A stretch of 64,000 bases of DNA, taken from NCBI GenBank assembly GCA_905178155.1, contig CAJINV010000012.1:2581407-2645406 (forward strand), read 5' to 3'. Shown here in pieces: positions 36,229-48,392 of the stretch; position 1 is the first letter of the stretch; each line of letters starts with the position of its first letter. The translations under genes were made by a program, and so were the position numbers. The stretch is from Amoebophrya sp. A120. Taxonomy: Eukaryota; Protista; Dinoflagellata. The notes below the pieces were generated by a model. That model saw nothing but the letters and a program-made list of their open reading frames with translations. It was not told where the DNA came from and ran no database searches.

Positions 36229-39200
36229 TCAAGGCCCTGCGCTGCTCAACGAGTTATGCGCGTCGTGGTCTCCCCCGGTTTTCCGTTGGTAATTTGAGGA
36301 CGCCAAAGACATCGTTGACGCGGCGGGCCGGCCAGAATTACTCGTACTGTGCGAAGTATTGCTCCCGCCTCCCCTCCCGGCTAAGTGCGTCGTGATGACC
36401 TGCGCCTTGCGCGCGAGCTTCTGGAACATCGTGCGTTTCTCGTTTGCCAACCGGAATTTCTGGGACTTGGACCGGTGCTTCCGGAACCGGTCGATCCCCT
36501 CCCGCGGGCGGAGACACCCGTGGGTCTCAAATTCCTCGAACACGGTGACATCGTCGCCCTCCTCGCCGTTAGAGGACGCAGATGCGCCTAGTGGTCTCTT
36601 GATATTGCTAATATCCTCATTGTCGTCGAAGGAAACTGTTGGTCTTCTTTCTTTTTGATGTCCGCCGGCAGCTCTAGTACTCTGTATTGCATGGTCTACT
36701 GGGTCCACTTCCCCACCCGAAGAACTCATCTCTTCCTGCAACAAATCCTGACTACTCGACCGCGCTTTGCTCCCCTGATGCGCTAAGGTACTGAGGTTCG
36801 CTGCGCTCGAGCCTACCACCTGCTCCCCGTCACCTGCAGCGCTGCTATCCCGTCGTCTCACCGCGCGGACCGGACCGGACGGTGTGTCGGACATCGATAG
36901 ACCGTGTCGGGTCCTTTTCGTGAGCATGGTACTGTGATCCTCGATGCGCTGGCCGATGATTTCTACCTCTGGATGAGCGTGGTGGTGGTCACCGCTTGCC
37001 GCGTATCAAATGTAAAAATGTCTGGGTCTGGAAGAGTGCGCGATTTGTCACGCAGCTTTTCCATGACCCATGAGGTCTGGAATGCATGACCTAGCATGAC
37101 AGGTTCTGTGCGATGTCTCTCATGCCTATCCTGCATGAGAAACTCCCTCCCGACTTGGTCAAAACCGGACGACTTTTGGTAATCATGCAACACAGATTTT
37201 TGCATGCTTCAGATTTAGCATGACAAGTTGCATTCTTCCAGACCCAGACATTTTTATATTTGATACCGCGTCGCCGATGGCTATAATCTGTTCGTCCAAG
37301 ATTTGATATCGCAAGAAAAAAGTGTTACAGTTACACATTGTGTTGCAGGAGCCGCAAGACAGACAATCTTTGTCTTGCAGGAAATGCCTGCGAGCCTCGT
37401 TTCCTACGTATTTTCTCCATATGATCTTTGCATTACAAGTTTTCTCTTGCACACAGAGAAAGTTTGTGATGCAGAAAGCTCAACAAATGTGTAACTGTAA
37501 CACTTTTTTCTTGTGATATTTGACCATCAAGACCTACTATGTGGTCCCCGTGCTCGCCACCACCCTCACTTGACGTGGTTTTTGAAGTAGAACCACCGCG
37601 GGGACTAATGCCACTGGTGTCTTCTGCTGACCCCTGAAGAGTCTGCCCGTTTGTTGTATGCATTGCAAACATGTCTTGTGGGCCTGGAAGTAGTTTGATG
37701 GGGGGAGATAATTGCCATGCAAATTGTACATGACCCGCAACGCGTGTGATGCATACTGTATCACACAGCCTTTGGTGCAAAGGCTTCCTCACACTTAAAC
37801 CTATCCCTATTGTGCTTGAGAAATGCCCACCTCTCCGGTTGGAAAACATCTGAGCACCTTTATTTACTGCAGCTCATGCTTTGCCGGCTTTTGTATGAAG
37901 ATCGACAGGCAGCATCACGAATCCCATTCTTTCCAGACCCAGATCGATATAGTAATTTGCAATGCGTATTTAGCATTGAAAAACGACATGTAGCTGAAAT
38001 TCGAAACCACATTTCCCAATTTTTTCGAAGATTTCTTCTGTACCCGCATTCCAAATTTCACCATCATCTCGTCCACGTCGCACAGACAACTGTCATCCAA
38101 CAGTGGTATCATGTCCGAGCGTGGATGCAGCAGCATGCACATGGTCCTGTCCATATCGTCTTGGAAGTGCTCCAGCGGAAGATCGTTATCGTCATCACCG
38201 AACGGGTTCTCCAGTTCTATCGAAATGTGGTTCAACGTATGAGAGTGCACAACTCCCCCTCCCCCTGATTTGTCATGCAAAACCCCAAATCCAAGTGCTT
38301 CCCTGGGGCACTGTCTGCATAACAGATGCCGGAAGCAGCCCAAACAGTACTAAAATAGGCGCGTGAATTTGTCATGCACAGGCTCCACGTGTGCTGGTGT
38401 TCGTGTTTGTATTGCTGTGTATGCAAAAATACAAATGACGGGGAGGGGGAGTAGTAGTTGTGCACTCTCATACAACGCGGCGAGTATCCAGAGCGGAAAG
38501 AAGACGAGGATGCAGGCCAAAACCTTGTTTTTCACCATGCTGGTGATTACGATCGGCGACAGCACCGAGTAGGCGTAGAGCGAAACGATGATCAACTGGA
38601 CGTAGGGAAACGGGAACTTCGTGTTTGTGATCTTCTTCGTGTTCAAAAAGTGCACGAAGCCACGGGATATGGTCTGAAACACACGGGAGAGAATCGGGGA
38701 GGGGACGTCGAGCAACTGGGCGTGGTGCGCGGTGATGATGAGGGATTGCATCAAGTGCAGCACCATTTCCACCTTGTTGAATTTGTACGTCGAGGAGAGC
38801 TCGTTGATGTACTTCAGGAACGGCTTCCCTAACGAGCTCTTGTCCAGCGTCAACACGTCGATGCAGTTCCCACTCATCTCCTCTAGTGCAAACCCGTGCA
38901 GCAAGGACATCAGCCTGACGAGCGTGTGCCGAAATTTCACCACGCGCCAGTGCATCACCGGCGACTTCTATCGCAAGAACAAACTGTCTCACTGTGAACT
39001 TGTGATGCAGCCAATGGAGCACAGAACGATTTGTCTTGCTACACCTGCAAGACGTTGGATTTTTTACCGTGTTTTCACTTGGGAAGTGAGCATGGCAAAT
39101 TTTCTGTGTGGTCATGTGTAACAAACTTGTGACGCAGATCTTGCAAGATCATCACAGTGAAACAGTTTTTTCGTGGGATAACTTCTGCTTCGCGTGGATG

Positions 39201-39529
39201 GAAAAGGAGATACAGTTCGAGACCGTGTCAAACCACTCGGCCCGCATCATGTGCATCAAACCCGTGCCCTCCCAAAACCTTGCAATCCCTCGCGACGTGC
39301 GAAACTGGATCAGCATCAGTAAAACCGCACTGACGGAAGACCAGATTGCCGAGCCGGTCAACGTGTCGAGTTTCAGGGTTTCGCGGTCGTAAAAATTCTC
39401 GTCCTCCAGAATCAACAGAATTAACGCCAAACAGCAGGACGGCAGGGAGAAATAGAGCGCGCGGAGGCCGACGGACCCGTCCCAACGGAACAGGAGCGGA
39501 AAGAACCACTCCTCTGTGTAGTCTATCAT
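36229..39529 (-). CDS. Bestrophin-family (bacterial/plant-type) ion channel, 6 exons
   Basis: LIQFRTSRGIARFWEG, TKFPFPYVQL and AL|NHISIELENPFGDDDNDLPL; frame continuous after removing 5 introners. Confidence 0.85.
37004..37265. mobile_element. Introner family A
   Basis: TATCAAATGTAAAAATGTCTGGGTCTGGAAGA...TCTTCCAGACCCAGACATTTTTATATTTGATA; DR ccgcg. Confidence 0.9.
37307..37518. mobile_element. Introner family G
   Basis: TATCGCAAGAAAAAAGTGTTACAGTTACACATT...AATGTGTAACTGTAACACTTTTTTCTTGTGATA; DR tttga. Confidence 0.9.
37657..37968. mobile_element. Degenerate introner family A (TATGCATTGCA ends)
   Basis: TATGCATTGCAAACATGTC...TTCCAGACCCAGA...TTTGCAATGCGTA; DR tgttg/tttag; spliced NAK|NGQ. Confidence 0.7.
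38238..38472. mobile_element. Introner family C
   Basis: TATGAGAGTGCACAACT...AGTTGTGCACTCTCATA; DR caacg. Confidence 0.9.
38969..39180. mobile_element. Introner family G variant
   Basis: TATCGCAAGAACAAACTGTCTCACTGTGA...TCACAGTGAAACAGTTTTTTCGTGGGATA; DR acttc. Confidence 0.85.
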
Positions 39530-40467
39530 GGTTTAATATTGGAGTTCTCTGGTGAAGATGTACTATTGCCCTGCGTGATCTTCGGAGTAGTAGTTTTCCT
39601 CGTTCTTCGGCGGTCGTGTGGTACTTGCAACGGGGCCGCGGAAAGTCCACCGTTCGACGAGGCTCCACTGCTCCGTTTTTTCTGCGCAGTTCGGAGTTTT
39701 GTTACGATGCGGGATAAACCTCCTTCAGCAGAAGTAGTGCGCCGTCTGCACCACAGGTCGTGGGGGAATTATACCTTGTACTCATTGCTCTTGGAAAAGT
39801 AAAGCAATCTTCAAGACTGCTTTCAGAGTTCTTGCTCAATATGCTATCTCAATTTATGCTTGTATCAAGATGCTACCGAGCAGTAAACTGTTTGTCTGGT
39901 AGTTCTGGATCTGGTGGTGGGGTAAGTAAGTAATACTAGGGTACGTGGGTTGGTGTTGGTCAAAAGTAGAACAAGACAAGGTACTATGATTTTCACAGTG
40001 TTGTAGAAAACAGTTTCGATTTGATGGACCTCGTCCCTATGGTCATCTATGCAGAGCTAGGGGGTGGGGGCCGAACGCCGGATAGATTGGATTTGGAACC
40101 ATTACCATAGTGGTCTTACTGTAGAGAGGTTCGTCGAGTTTTCCACCTTATGAGTAGAAACGAAACAACCACTGAAACACAATCACGAGGACGATTAAGC
40201 TATACGGCTTTGATTGCGCCAAAACTACCGTACGAAATACGTGGGTTGATTGAACGAGTTGCTTTTCATTTGTGGTTGCACGACGGTGAGATTTTCACGG
40301 AGAGGAGCGAAACTTGCACGACAAGACGAGAACGAATTCGCTAAACAAAGAGGACGCGATGAACGAAGCCGGAACAAAAGACTGAAACTTCTGAAGGACG
40401 ACACCAACAGGAGGCATTCTACCGAATCCGAACCCGAAGACTTTTAAACAAAATGAAAATCATGCAA

Positions 40468-40515
40468 GTCAGAATCAAAGAATCACTTCATGTCAGAATC
40501 AAAGAATCACTTCAT
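40468..40515. repeat. Perfect 24-bp tandem duplication (GTCAGAATCAAAGAATCACTTCAT x2), intergenic
   Basis: Direct inspection. Confidence 0.8.
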
Positions 40516-40816
40516 CCTTACAAGGAAACGAGACCGCCTATTTCAAGAGCTGTTGTTGAACATCGTCGACTACATCTTCACTCAGCGCTTTGGCAGGTGG
40601 GTTTGCAGTGTGTGTCTTAGCTTCAAAAGAATAAAGTCCTTCCTCGTGTGGAGGTGATAGTGTAGGCTACTTTTCGTAAATCGCATGATCGTGTCGCTTG
40701 AGGATGCACTTGCGGTCGCAACAGTAAAAACGCAACTTGACTTGCGCTTGAAACAAAGTGAAGAAAGTTGTATTTGCTATACAATGAATTGTTGTACTCA
40801 TCTACACAGTATGTTA

Positions 40817-43026
40817 TCATATCGCTAATTCCAGCACGACGCTTTCCTCCACCACACTTTCCAGCGCCTTGTCGCAATTCTTCCCACAGGTAAAAACGTG
40901 CACCGCCCCGAATTCCAGCACGTTTTCGTTCTTTTCCAGCTTCTTCCGTACATACTTCGGACAGTTCAGCACCATTTGGTACAGAAAAGACGGAAGTAGG
41001 GAAAACTCGTACACCTTTTCTGCGTTGCAAAACTTGCAGCGTTGCGGGACGACCTGCTGCAGCAAAGGGTTTATTTTGCAATTTCCCTTGCTAGAGCTCT
41101 TGCTTCTACTATCGCTTTTGCAATTCGTCCTTCCACTGTAGTTTTTGCTCGCTGTCGCTTTGTTATTTGTCTTGCTGTATACAACGGGTGTGAGCTGCAG
41201 AAACTTCCTGGCGTTGAAGTCGTACCGGAGGATCTGCTATCCTGGGCAAAAGTAACGCACTCGCATAATGGCAATCAAGCATTACAAATCTTTTTCTTAA
41301 GGTAAGTTCCGCATTACAAATCTTATATTCTCATGCTGAGAAAATTATTTGTCATGCATTTATACGAATACGATGCTTTTGCAGTTCATATCTGCTCAGG
41401 GGACCGGTTCAACCGTTTTTGAAACAGGTTGAAGGCGGTCTGCTCCACAGTGGCTTCTTCATCGTCCCCGTCGGAGTCGTTGTGTTTCGCATGGCGCGAG
41501 GACCCCCCATGATCCGTCTCCGAATCTTTATTCTCCTCGTCGGTGGAATTGTCGTCAGACGAGCAGGCGTTGGCTGCTTTGTAGTTCTTCTGCCTCGCAT
41601 TCCTTCGCCGCTTCGTTTCCTCAAACGCTTTCCGCACCTCCGGATCAATGGCGTCGTCGTCATCGAGGGATGGACAGGTCCCCGCCGTTCCGACTGTGCC
41701 AGCAGTGGTACCAGGGGAAGCGGCAGAATTTGTTGTCGTTGCAGCCGTGGAAGCACCAGGGGAGTCGTTCATCTTCGACATAGTTGTCGGCGCTCCATGT
41801 AGTTGCTTCTTCTGCATGGCAAGTTTGCTGTTTTCCTGCACGTACTTTTCCAATAAATGCTCCGCGTGCTGCATTTCTTTTTCGAACAGTTTCGACGAAG
41901 CGTTCCACTTTCCCGGCTCCTGCGCAAACGGCAAGTGGAAGCACGGCCACGGCTGTTGAGCTTGAGCTGCTCTGTCCGCCGGCGCATCAGTAGAAACATT
42001 GATATACGTAAACTGGGGCAAGCAAATCGAGGCCGGCGCGGGCTCGTCATAGTGCTGATTGCCAAAAGTGGTTGATGGCGGCGGCTCGTGGATTCCAGAC
42101 GAGAGGAGCTGCACCGGGTGGTTGGAGGAAAACAGAGTTGTGTAGTCTTGCTCAGGAGTTCTGTTGAAAAGCGACACCGCAGCGGTTTCCGACTGAAACT
42201 GGTCTTCGTCGCAGAGGCCCCAATCGTCGTCGTCTTCTACAACTTCCTCGACGATGGCCTTTTCTGCAAAAATATCTTCTCTGGTACTGGAATCTTCTGC
42301 ACTAGTGTGTGAAAATGCATGATGCTCGGTATTAGTAATTGCATCAGTGGCCTTTCCTGGTGGTTCTAGTCCTCCAGGCTCCATAATTTTCGAGGGCTCT
42401 AGCTCAAGTGGTCGCTCTACTTCTTCGTCCTCTCCTGTCGCAGAACTACAAGATCCGGCTGTAGTAAACCCAAAATCCTGCCCCCCGCCTCGTGGTTCCG
42501 CCTTTACCTTACTCCGAAACACCCGCCATCCCTTCGACCCGAGGCTGCCGCACTGCGCTTTGTTGGTGCAACAAAAAAGGTGCAGCAATCGGTGGTCGCT
42601 GTCAGAAGGGCTGCACGAGCCTGTTGTTTCTGCTGCATTCTTACCGCTGCCATCCGTGGTCTCTGCTGCTGGTGCTGTTCTTCCAGCCTGAAGATTTGTC
42701 GTAGTTTCTATCGGGCAATACAGCTGGCAGACGAACGTCAACGGATCCCCGCAGTTCAGGCACTGGCTCCAGTTCTTGTTAGGTGTCTTCGAAGCTCCTG
42801 CAGCAGTTGTTCTTGTCTCCCCTATCGCCACCCCGTCCGCGGGGCAATTCGCTTCAAACCACTCCGGGTAGCCGCCGATGCGGCTCGTGTAGAGATCCAG
42901 ATCGTAGGGAGCGTACGAGAGGTGCTCCGCCGGGATTTTGCCCTCGTAATTGTCGAAAAGAGGCTCGCCCACGTACCCCAGCCAACAGGAAGAGGTGGAG
43001 GAGGAGGTATGGTTTTTAGTCGGCAT
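40817..43026 (-). CDS. PDCD2/PDCD2L (Tsr4)-like protein, 2 exons
   Basis: SRIGGYPEW, CLNCGDPLTFVCQLYCP, RLLHLFCC, FQKRLNRSPEQ|ILRY, CKFCNAEKVYEFSLLP and EFGAVHVFTC match the PDCD2 N- and C-terminal domains. Confidence 0.85.
41238..41390. mobile_element. Introner family B
   Basis: TATCCTGGGCAAAAG...CTTTTGCAGTTCATA; DR tctgc. Confidence 0.85.
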
Positions 43027-44127
43027 GATGCTGGTAAGTAGATTGATTCAGATTCTTGCGAGCGAGAAGTCAAGAAATAACCTGGACGTACTCAAGTGTT
43101 GCCGGTCGTAGCCATAAAGAAGAAAAGTAAATCAATCAAGTTCAATTCTACTTCCACTTCCTGGTCGTACAGGTACAACTGCGGTCTTTTGCGCAACAGG
43201 ATATTGTCGTATTTCGATGCCGCTGGACCTCCTTCTAGAAGATACAGATAGAAGAGGTAGACTAAGATGACTCCTTCTACTTTTACGAAGAACAGCACCA
43301 ACACCATCGCATTTTCGGATCGATTAGCCTTTGCGGTGAAGAGATTGCATGATGGTGGATCTACTTTAGGATCTGCGTTGGAGCTGCATCAATGGATCGG
43401 CGAAAAAGATCTTGTCTAAGTGTTCACTTGCAGGGCTCGTCATCTTGCGAACGCGATGATCGTTTTCCTGCTTTATTTCAGTTGTCTCGTCTGCTGGATC
43501 TTTGTTCGGATCCTGAATTTGGATCATTTCCATTGTGTCTGTGCGTCATCATGCAAATTGGATTTGCTTGCGGAGCTTTCGGTAATAACCGTGCGTTTGG
43601 CATGTCTTTCTGCACATTTGAATTCGAGAATACAACATATACCGCCGAATGTCCCATGTGCGGCCCTGCTTCCTGCATCGATCTGCACATACTAAAACCA
43701 CAGGTAAAATAAAATATTTTGAAATCGTTTATAGCACACCAGAATACCTTTACCTATCCCAACCACACACTGGCACCTTTCTTGTTCCTCAAACGCATGA
43801 TATAATCTTTTATCGTGTTGATTAATGCCTCCAAAACCTCGTCCAAGCCATTTTTTTGATGTCCTCGCGATGATCTCTAGTTTGATGTTGAAGTTGCTCC
43901 TATTTCTCGTCTTTGTCTTTGTTCTATCAACTCTTGCGGCTTATACTATAGGGACGACCTGCCAGACAAGGACCATCTGGTGTACATCTACATCACACAC
44001 CTCAGCACGGCATGAAACAGAGCCTGAGCTTCAACCTCCTGCAGCAACATCTGTAGTTGTTGTAAAGTGCCACTCGTTCTGCAGCAAGTGAGCGTAAACG
44101 GTGAAGCACCCAGACCCTCGTTCTCGT

Positions 44128-45332
44128 TTACGAAAACTGGTACATGATGAGCAGCCACACCACCTCGACGAAGTGAAAGTAGGTATGCAGTGCCAAAGCA
44201 TTTTGCTCGCAGTCGTACGAAATGCGAATTAGTCATGACACATATCTTTCTTTTACCCTTTCCAGCATGACAAACTTTTCCCTATGTGTTCATCCCGGAG
44301 ATGAAATTTGTATTGTAAATGCGATTCCAGTTCCACCCACGTCGAGAACCGATAGCGATGCTTTTGCAAAAATGCGTAGTAGATGATCGGCAGCAACTTT
44401 TTCGTGTACTGGGCGGTGTTGCGGGTGTGCTGCGAGTATCAAATGCAAAAATGTCTGGGTCTGGAAGGATGCGAACTTGTGATGCGTGTTTCGGATCCTA
44501 CAAAGATCTGTGATGCATAACGTGCAAAAGGTGCCCACTTCTGGCCATGCTGAGAGAGCATTTCTCATGCAGAACACGCGTCACCAAGGAGCTGCAGAAC
44601 CTGTGATGCTAGGCCCTGCATTCCAGACGTGGGGGAACTTGGAAAAACTGCATGACAAAGCTCGGAATCTCCCAGACCCAGACTTTTTTGCATTTGATAG
44701 CGAGTTCACCAGGTGCCCGTGCCGGTACCCGTGGGGCACGTCGCCGAACCGCCGCATGTCATTGTTCGGCGTCCCGATCGGATTGTCGTACTGTGGCACG
44801 TTCGGGTTCTGCGCCAGCCCGGCCAGGATGATGCAGCGCTGCGCCTCCGTTATCCTGTGTAAAAACGTCCGCACCCCAGAGTTGTCATGCAAATGTGCAA
44901 TGGCAGGAGCATCTGTAATGCGCATTCCCATGACAGGCGTTTCCAGTCGTGTTTTGGCTTTTGTAATGCTGTAAACAGCATGAGAAAATGGCTTTCCCAT
45001 GCGGCTTCCCTTGCCAAGCACCACAATACTGCAGATGAAAACTTGTCATGCACAACTCCCAAAACTTGAAGATTTGTGTTGCAGATTTACAAGCTTAACT
45101 ATGGGGTGGGGACGTTTTTGCTCAGCATATCCGTGAGGATGTTCCTCTGCACTTGCGAAATCAGCTTCAGCGGTGCGGTCGGGCTGGTCGTCGTCACGGA
45201 GGAAGCCGGGGCCACCGCGGTCGCAAAGTTGCGGTTGAAAGCGAAGGGTGAACTGTAGAACGCCGGTTTGGTTGATTGGTGCTGCAGAGCAGCCTTGTAC
45301 TGGCCGCGAATCGCGCGGCCCAGGAGCGTCAT
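44128..45332 (-). CDS. cox3: Putative nucleus-encoded, mitochondrion-targeted cytochrome c oxidase subunit 3 C-terminal fragment (last TM helix), 4 exons, 150 aa
   Basis: Spliced: MTLLGRAIRGQYKAALQHQSTKPAFYSSPFAFNRNFATAV...ILTE|AQRC...LVNS|QHTRNTAQYTKKLLPIIY|FHFVEVVWLLIMYQFS*. N-terminus is acid-free and R/K/S/A-rich; C-terminus resembles COX3 YWHFV(D/E)(V/I)(V/I)WL. Confidence 0.65.
44184..44378. mobile_element. Degenerate introner family B (intron of cox3 fragment gene)
   Basis: TATGCAGTGCCAAAGCAT...ATGCTTTTGCAAAAATGCGTA; DR gtagg/gtaga. Confidence 0.75.
44437..44699. mobile_element. Introner family A
   Basis: TATCAAATGCAAAAATGTCTGGGTCTGG...CCAGACCCAGACTTTTTTGCATTTGATA; DR gcgag. Confidence 0.9.
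44851..45129. mobile_element. Introner family F
   Basis: TATCCTGTGTAAAAACGTCCGCACCCCA...TGGGGTGGGGACGTTTTTGCTCAGCATA; DR tccgt. Confidence 0.9.
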
Positions 45333-46019
45333 GGTTGGTGGGTCGTGCTAGCAGTGCTAGTGCCGCGACAATGAACTGCAGTCTTTGTCGTGCGATGAAT
45401 TGTCGTCCAAAACAGACGGCGTCTTCGACATCCAGAGGGCGAAAACAACTAGTTAGTACAATCAAGGATGTCGATTTTAAGTAGAGAGTAGACCAACGAA
45501 TAGAGTAGACGCGTCGAAGTCGTGCCGGGGATAATTCTTTCACCTTGCGGAAGAGCTTCTCTTTAGCACTCGGTTGTTGATGCAGCCACGTTTAGCACTC
45601 GAGTGATACAGCTATCTCGTTGCAGGAGCAACCTCAACAAACGGCTGGAGGAAAAGCAAAAAAATAAGCCACTCGCAATAGAAACAGTTACACCTCCTCT
45701 GCGTCTCTCGTATTTCTCCATAGCTGCCCACAGAAGGGGGCGAGCTGCGCAGTCCAGTGCGAGCACCGGAACTCGGCAGCTTCGACGGCGTTCTTATTGC
45801 CGCTACCGACACGTACAGTGGAATGACGTGGCATCAAATCAGCCAAGTAAGTTCTTTACAACATGCGCCATAAAAGTCGAACAAGAAAGACGGTTGCCCG
45901 CAAACGCATCTTGCGATGCAGATATGCAGCTGTCACAGAGGAGAGGCAGTTCGTACGGTACGATTCGATATCTGCAAGTGTTCGTTCGTAAGAATTACGG
46001 CTGTTTCTCGATTTCCTGT

Positions 46020-47634
46020 TCACCTCACCAGCTCCCAGCTGGAGCTGTCCATACCGCCGGCGTTGCTGGTGTTCAGGACCAGTTGCACACTGTTCTCGAT
46101 GAATCGACCATGTTTCTGAACATGATTTTCTTGTGCGTTACAACCGGCATCAGAACTTTTTTGATGTTGCTCCACCCCGTCCGCGTCCTCAATACCGACG
46201 TTTGCAGCATCATCATCACTAAGATAGCCGCCCGCAACGTGTCCAAACGCCCTCAATTCCACCTGGTTCGGAATGAATTTCACCAAAACTACAGAGCCCC
46301 TGTCCGTCTCAGATGAAGTTCCTCCGCTACTTCTGGAATAGTTCAGTCTGTAGTAATCCACCAGCTCAGAGTCATCCACCACGACTAATCGCCCGTTTAA
46401 CGTGCAAGACGCCTGTCGCAGAGTGCTCGGGTAGAACAAAGCGCCTTGGCGGTCGGCCGGGAGCTGGGCGGAAACAGTTTTACTGCTAACGGCGGCTTGT
46501 TTCGTTGGTCCGGGTCCGCTGGAAGATGCTAATATAGTTTCATTTTCATTCTCGCTCATCCCGTTGTTCTCAAGACTCATCCAGAAATAGATTTGCCTGA
46601 ACGCCCTCTTTGGCTGATTCACGTCCACCGTATGGGAAAACAACGTTGCGATGTCGGACGTCAGTGGCTCGGAAAAGGTCTGGAGCTGCTCCAAAGTCTC
46701 CTGTGACTGTGGTACGACGCGCTGCGACTCTGGGGGGAGAGGCTTCACGCGTTTCAGCTGGATAGCATTTGCCGTGGCGCTTCGGCGAGCACCAGGACCA
46801 GACGTTGAAGTTGGGTTTGAATTATTCGTGGGTGCGACGAGGAAAACGTCTTGGGAAGAGTTCATCACACCTGTTTTGTATTCCGCAATGAGATTTCATC
46901 GAGACAAGCGGTTCGCACAGCACAGATGCACTTCCACTTTTGGTACTGCTCATCATTCTGAAATTCATGTCGGCCCACCTATACAGATCTATCTTCCAGT
47001 GTTGCATTCACTCAATCCAGAAACAAATCAAGAACTCATCAGTACGCAAAACTTCCTCGACCACTGCCTGTGGGTTGTCAGGTATGACCATCAAAGAGTT
47101 CGCGATTCTTTCCAGCTTCCTTTTCCGGAAGTATTTGATCGCAGCTGCCACCGGTACTGCGTGGCAGAGGAAAAACAGTAAGAGAATTTTCGCCGTGAAG
47201 TAATTCTTTTTCGGTTTCTGTAGAATCGGCTCGGGTTTTGGGAGAAAGCCCGCGAGCTGCTGTGCGGTTGGGTAGTTTATTTGAAGCTGATTCGGACCAC
47301 TTGCAGCTGCATGTAGTAGTCCTCCGGATGGAGTTGTAGAGGTGTCGTAATCCACCAGCTGGCTTGAGGATGAGGTGGTTCTCGTTGCTGTAGGGGCTAG
47401 GTGACTTGCTGCTCCGCTTCTGTTGGCCGCAAACAACCAAGAGAGTTGCTGCGCTCCGGGGAATGACGCCGTTGCCGCTTTTCGCAGTGTTGGAGAGGAC
47501 GAGAAAGTTGCAAATGCTGCTCTGCTTGTTTTCCCATGTGGCAATAGCAAACGGAAAGACGAAGACCTGTTCCTCGTGCAGGCTGACGGTATTCTGGCCC
47601 GCCACAGGGGCGAGGACGAGACTGAGATTGTCAT
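46020..47634 (-). CDS. Hypothetical, probably mitochondrial single-TM protein, weakly resembling an FMN split-barrel fold; GT-AG intron 46871-47045; 3' end uncertain
   Basis: R/S/A-rich N-terminus; TM ILLLFFLCHAVPVAAAI; in-frame join EEVL|RVMNSS; IYFWM...ALFY...LNGRLVVVDD...VLVKFIP pattern judged by eye. Confidence 0.5.
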
Positions 47635-48392
47635 TGTGAAGATGGTCACAGTCAATCACTAAAAGAAAAAAAAAACAACTCAGGTATGAGTAACGCAATA
47701 AAGTGACGAGAACTTCGCCTTTGCATATAATGGCTGATGAGTGAGCTACTGTTATATCAAAAACAGCATGAATAAAAGCCAGCCGACATTTATTTTTTTT
47801 CCAGGAACGAAAACGACAGCAACAAAATGACCTCCTGCGCTTTAGAGATCCGTGCTGATTTAAATAAAAGATTTCTTATCCCTTGTGTTGCCACGAATGA
47901 GCTGGACCTTGCATAGCCTACTTCAAAAAGAAACAAAACAAAAACGCGACGTCTCATGAAACTCATTTCTATGCCAATACCGAAGCCTGTATGCAAAAGT
48001 AAGTACACTGGTAGCGCAATATTGTTGTGACACAGATCTTCGCATGTCAGTAGACAACACCATCAACTCCGAATAAACAGCACCCAAACACTTTTCTAAC
48101 GCGATGACTAGTAATTAAAAGCGGTGACAATGACACGAACATTAATAGAAACATTCCTAAAAACTGCATGCGTCAGAAATCGGATCCTTTCAACCTCTAG
48201 CATTCTTGCTTTTCTTCTAACATTGACATCATTCTCATTGCTCTTCTTCTTGGTTTTTGTACAGTACCTCTTTACATGTTGCGTTTGGATTTTGTTTTCA
48301 GGCAAGGAAGGTGAACGCTTTCGCCTCTTTTTCTTTTAAAGTCCACCAAACCGAAAGACCCATCCTTGGCCAAGATGACCTCTTTACCATTC

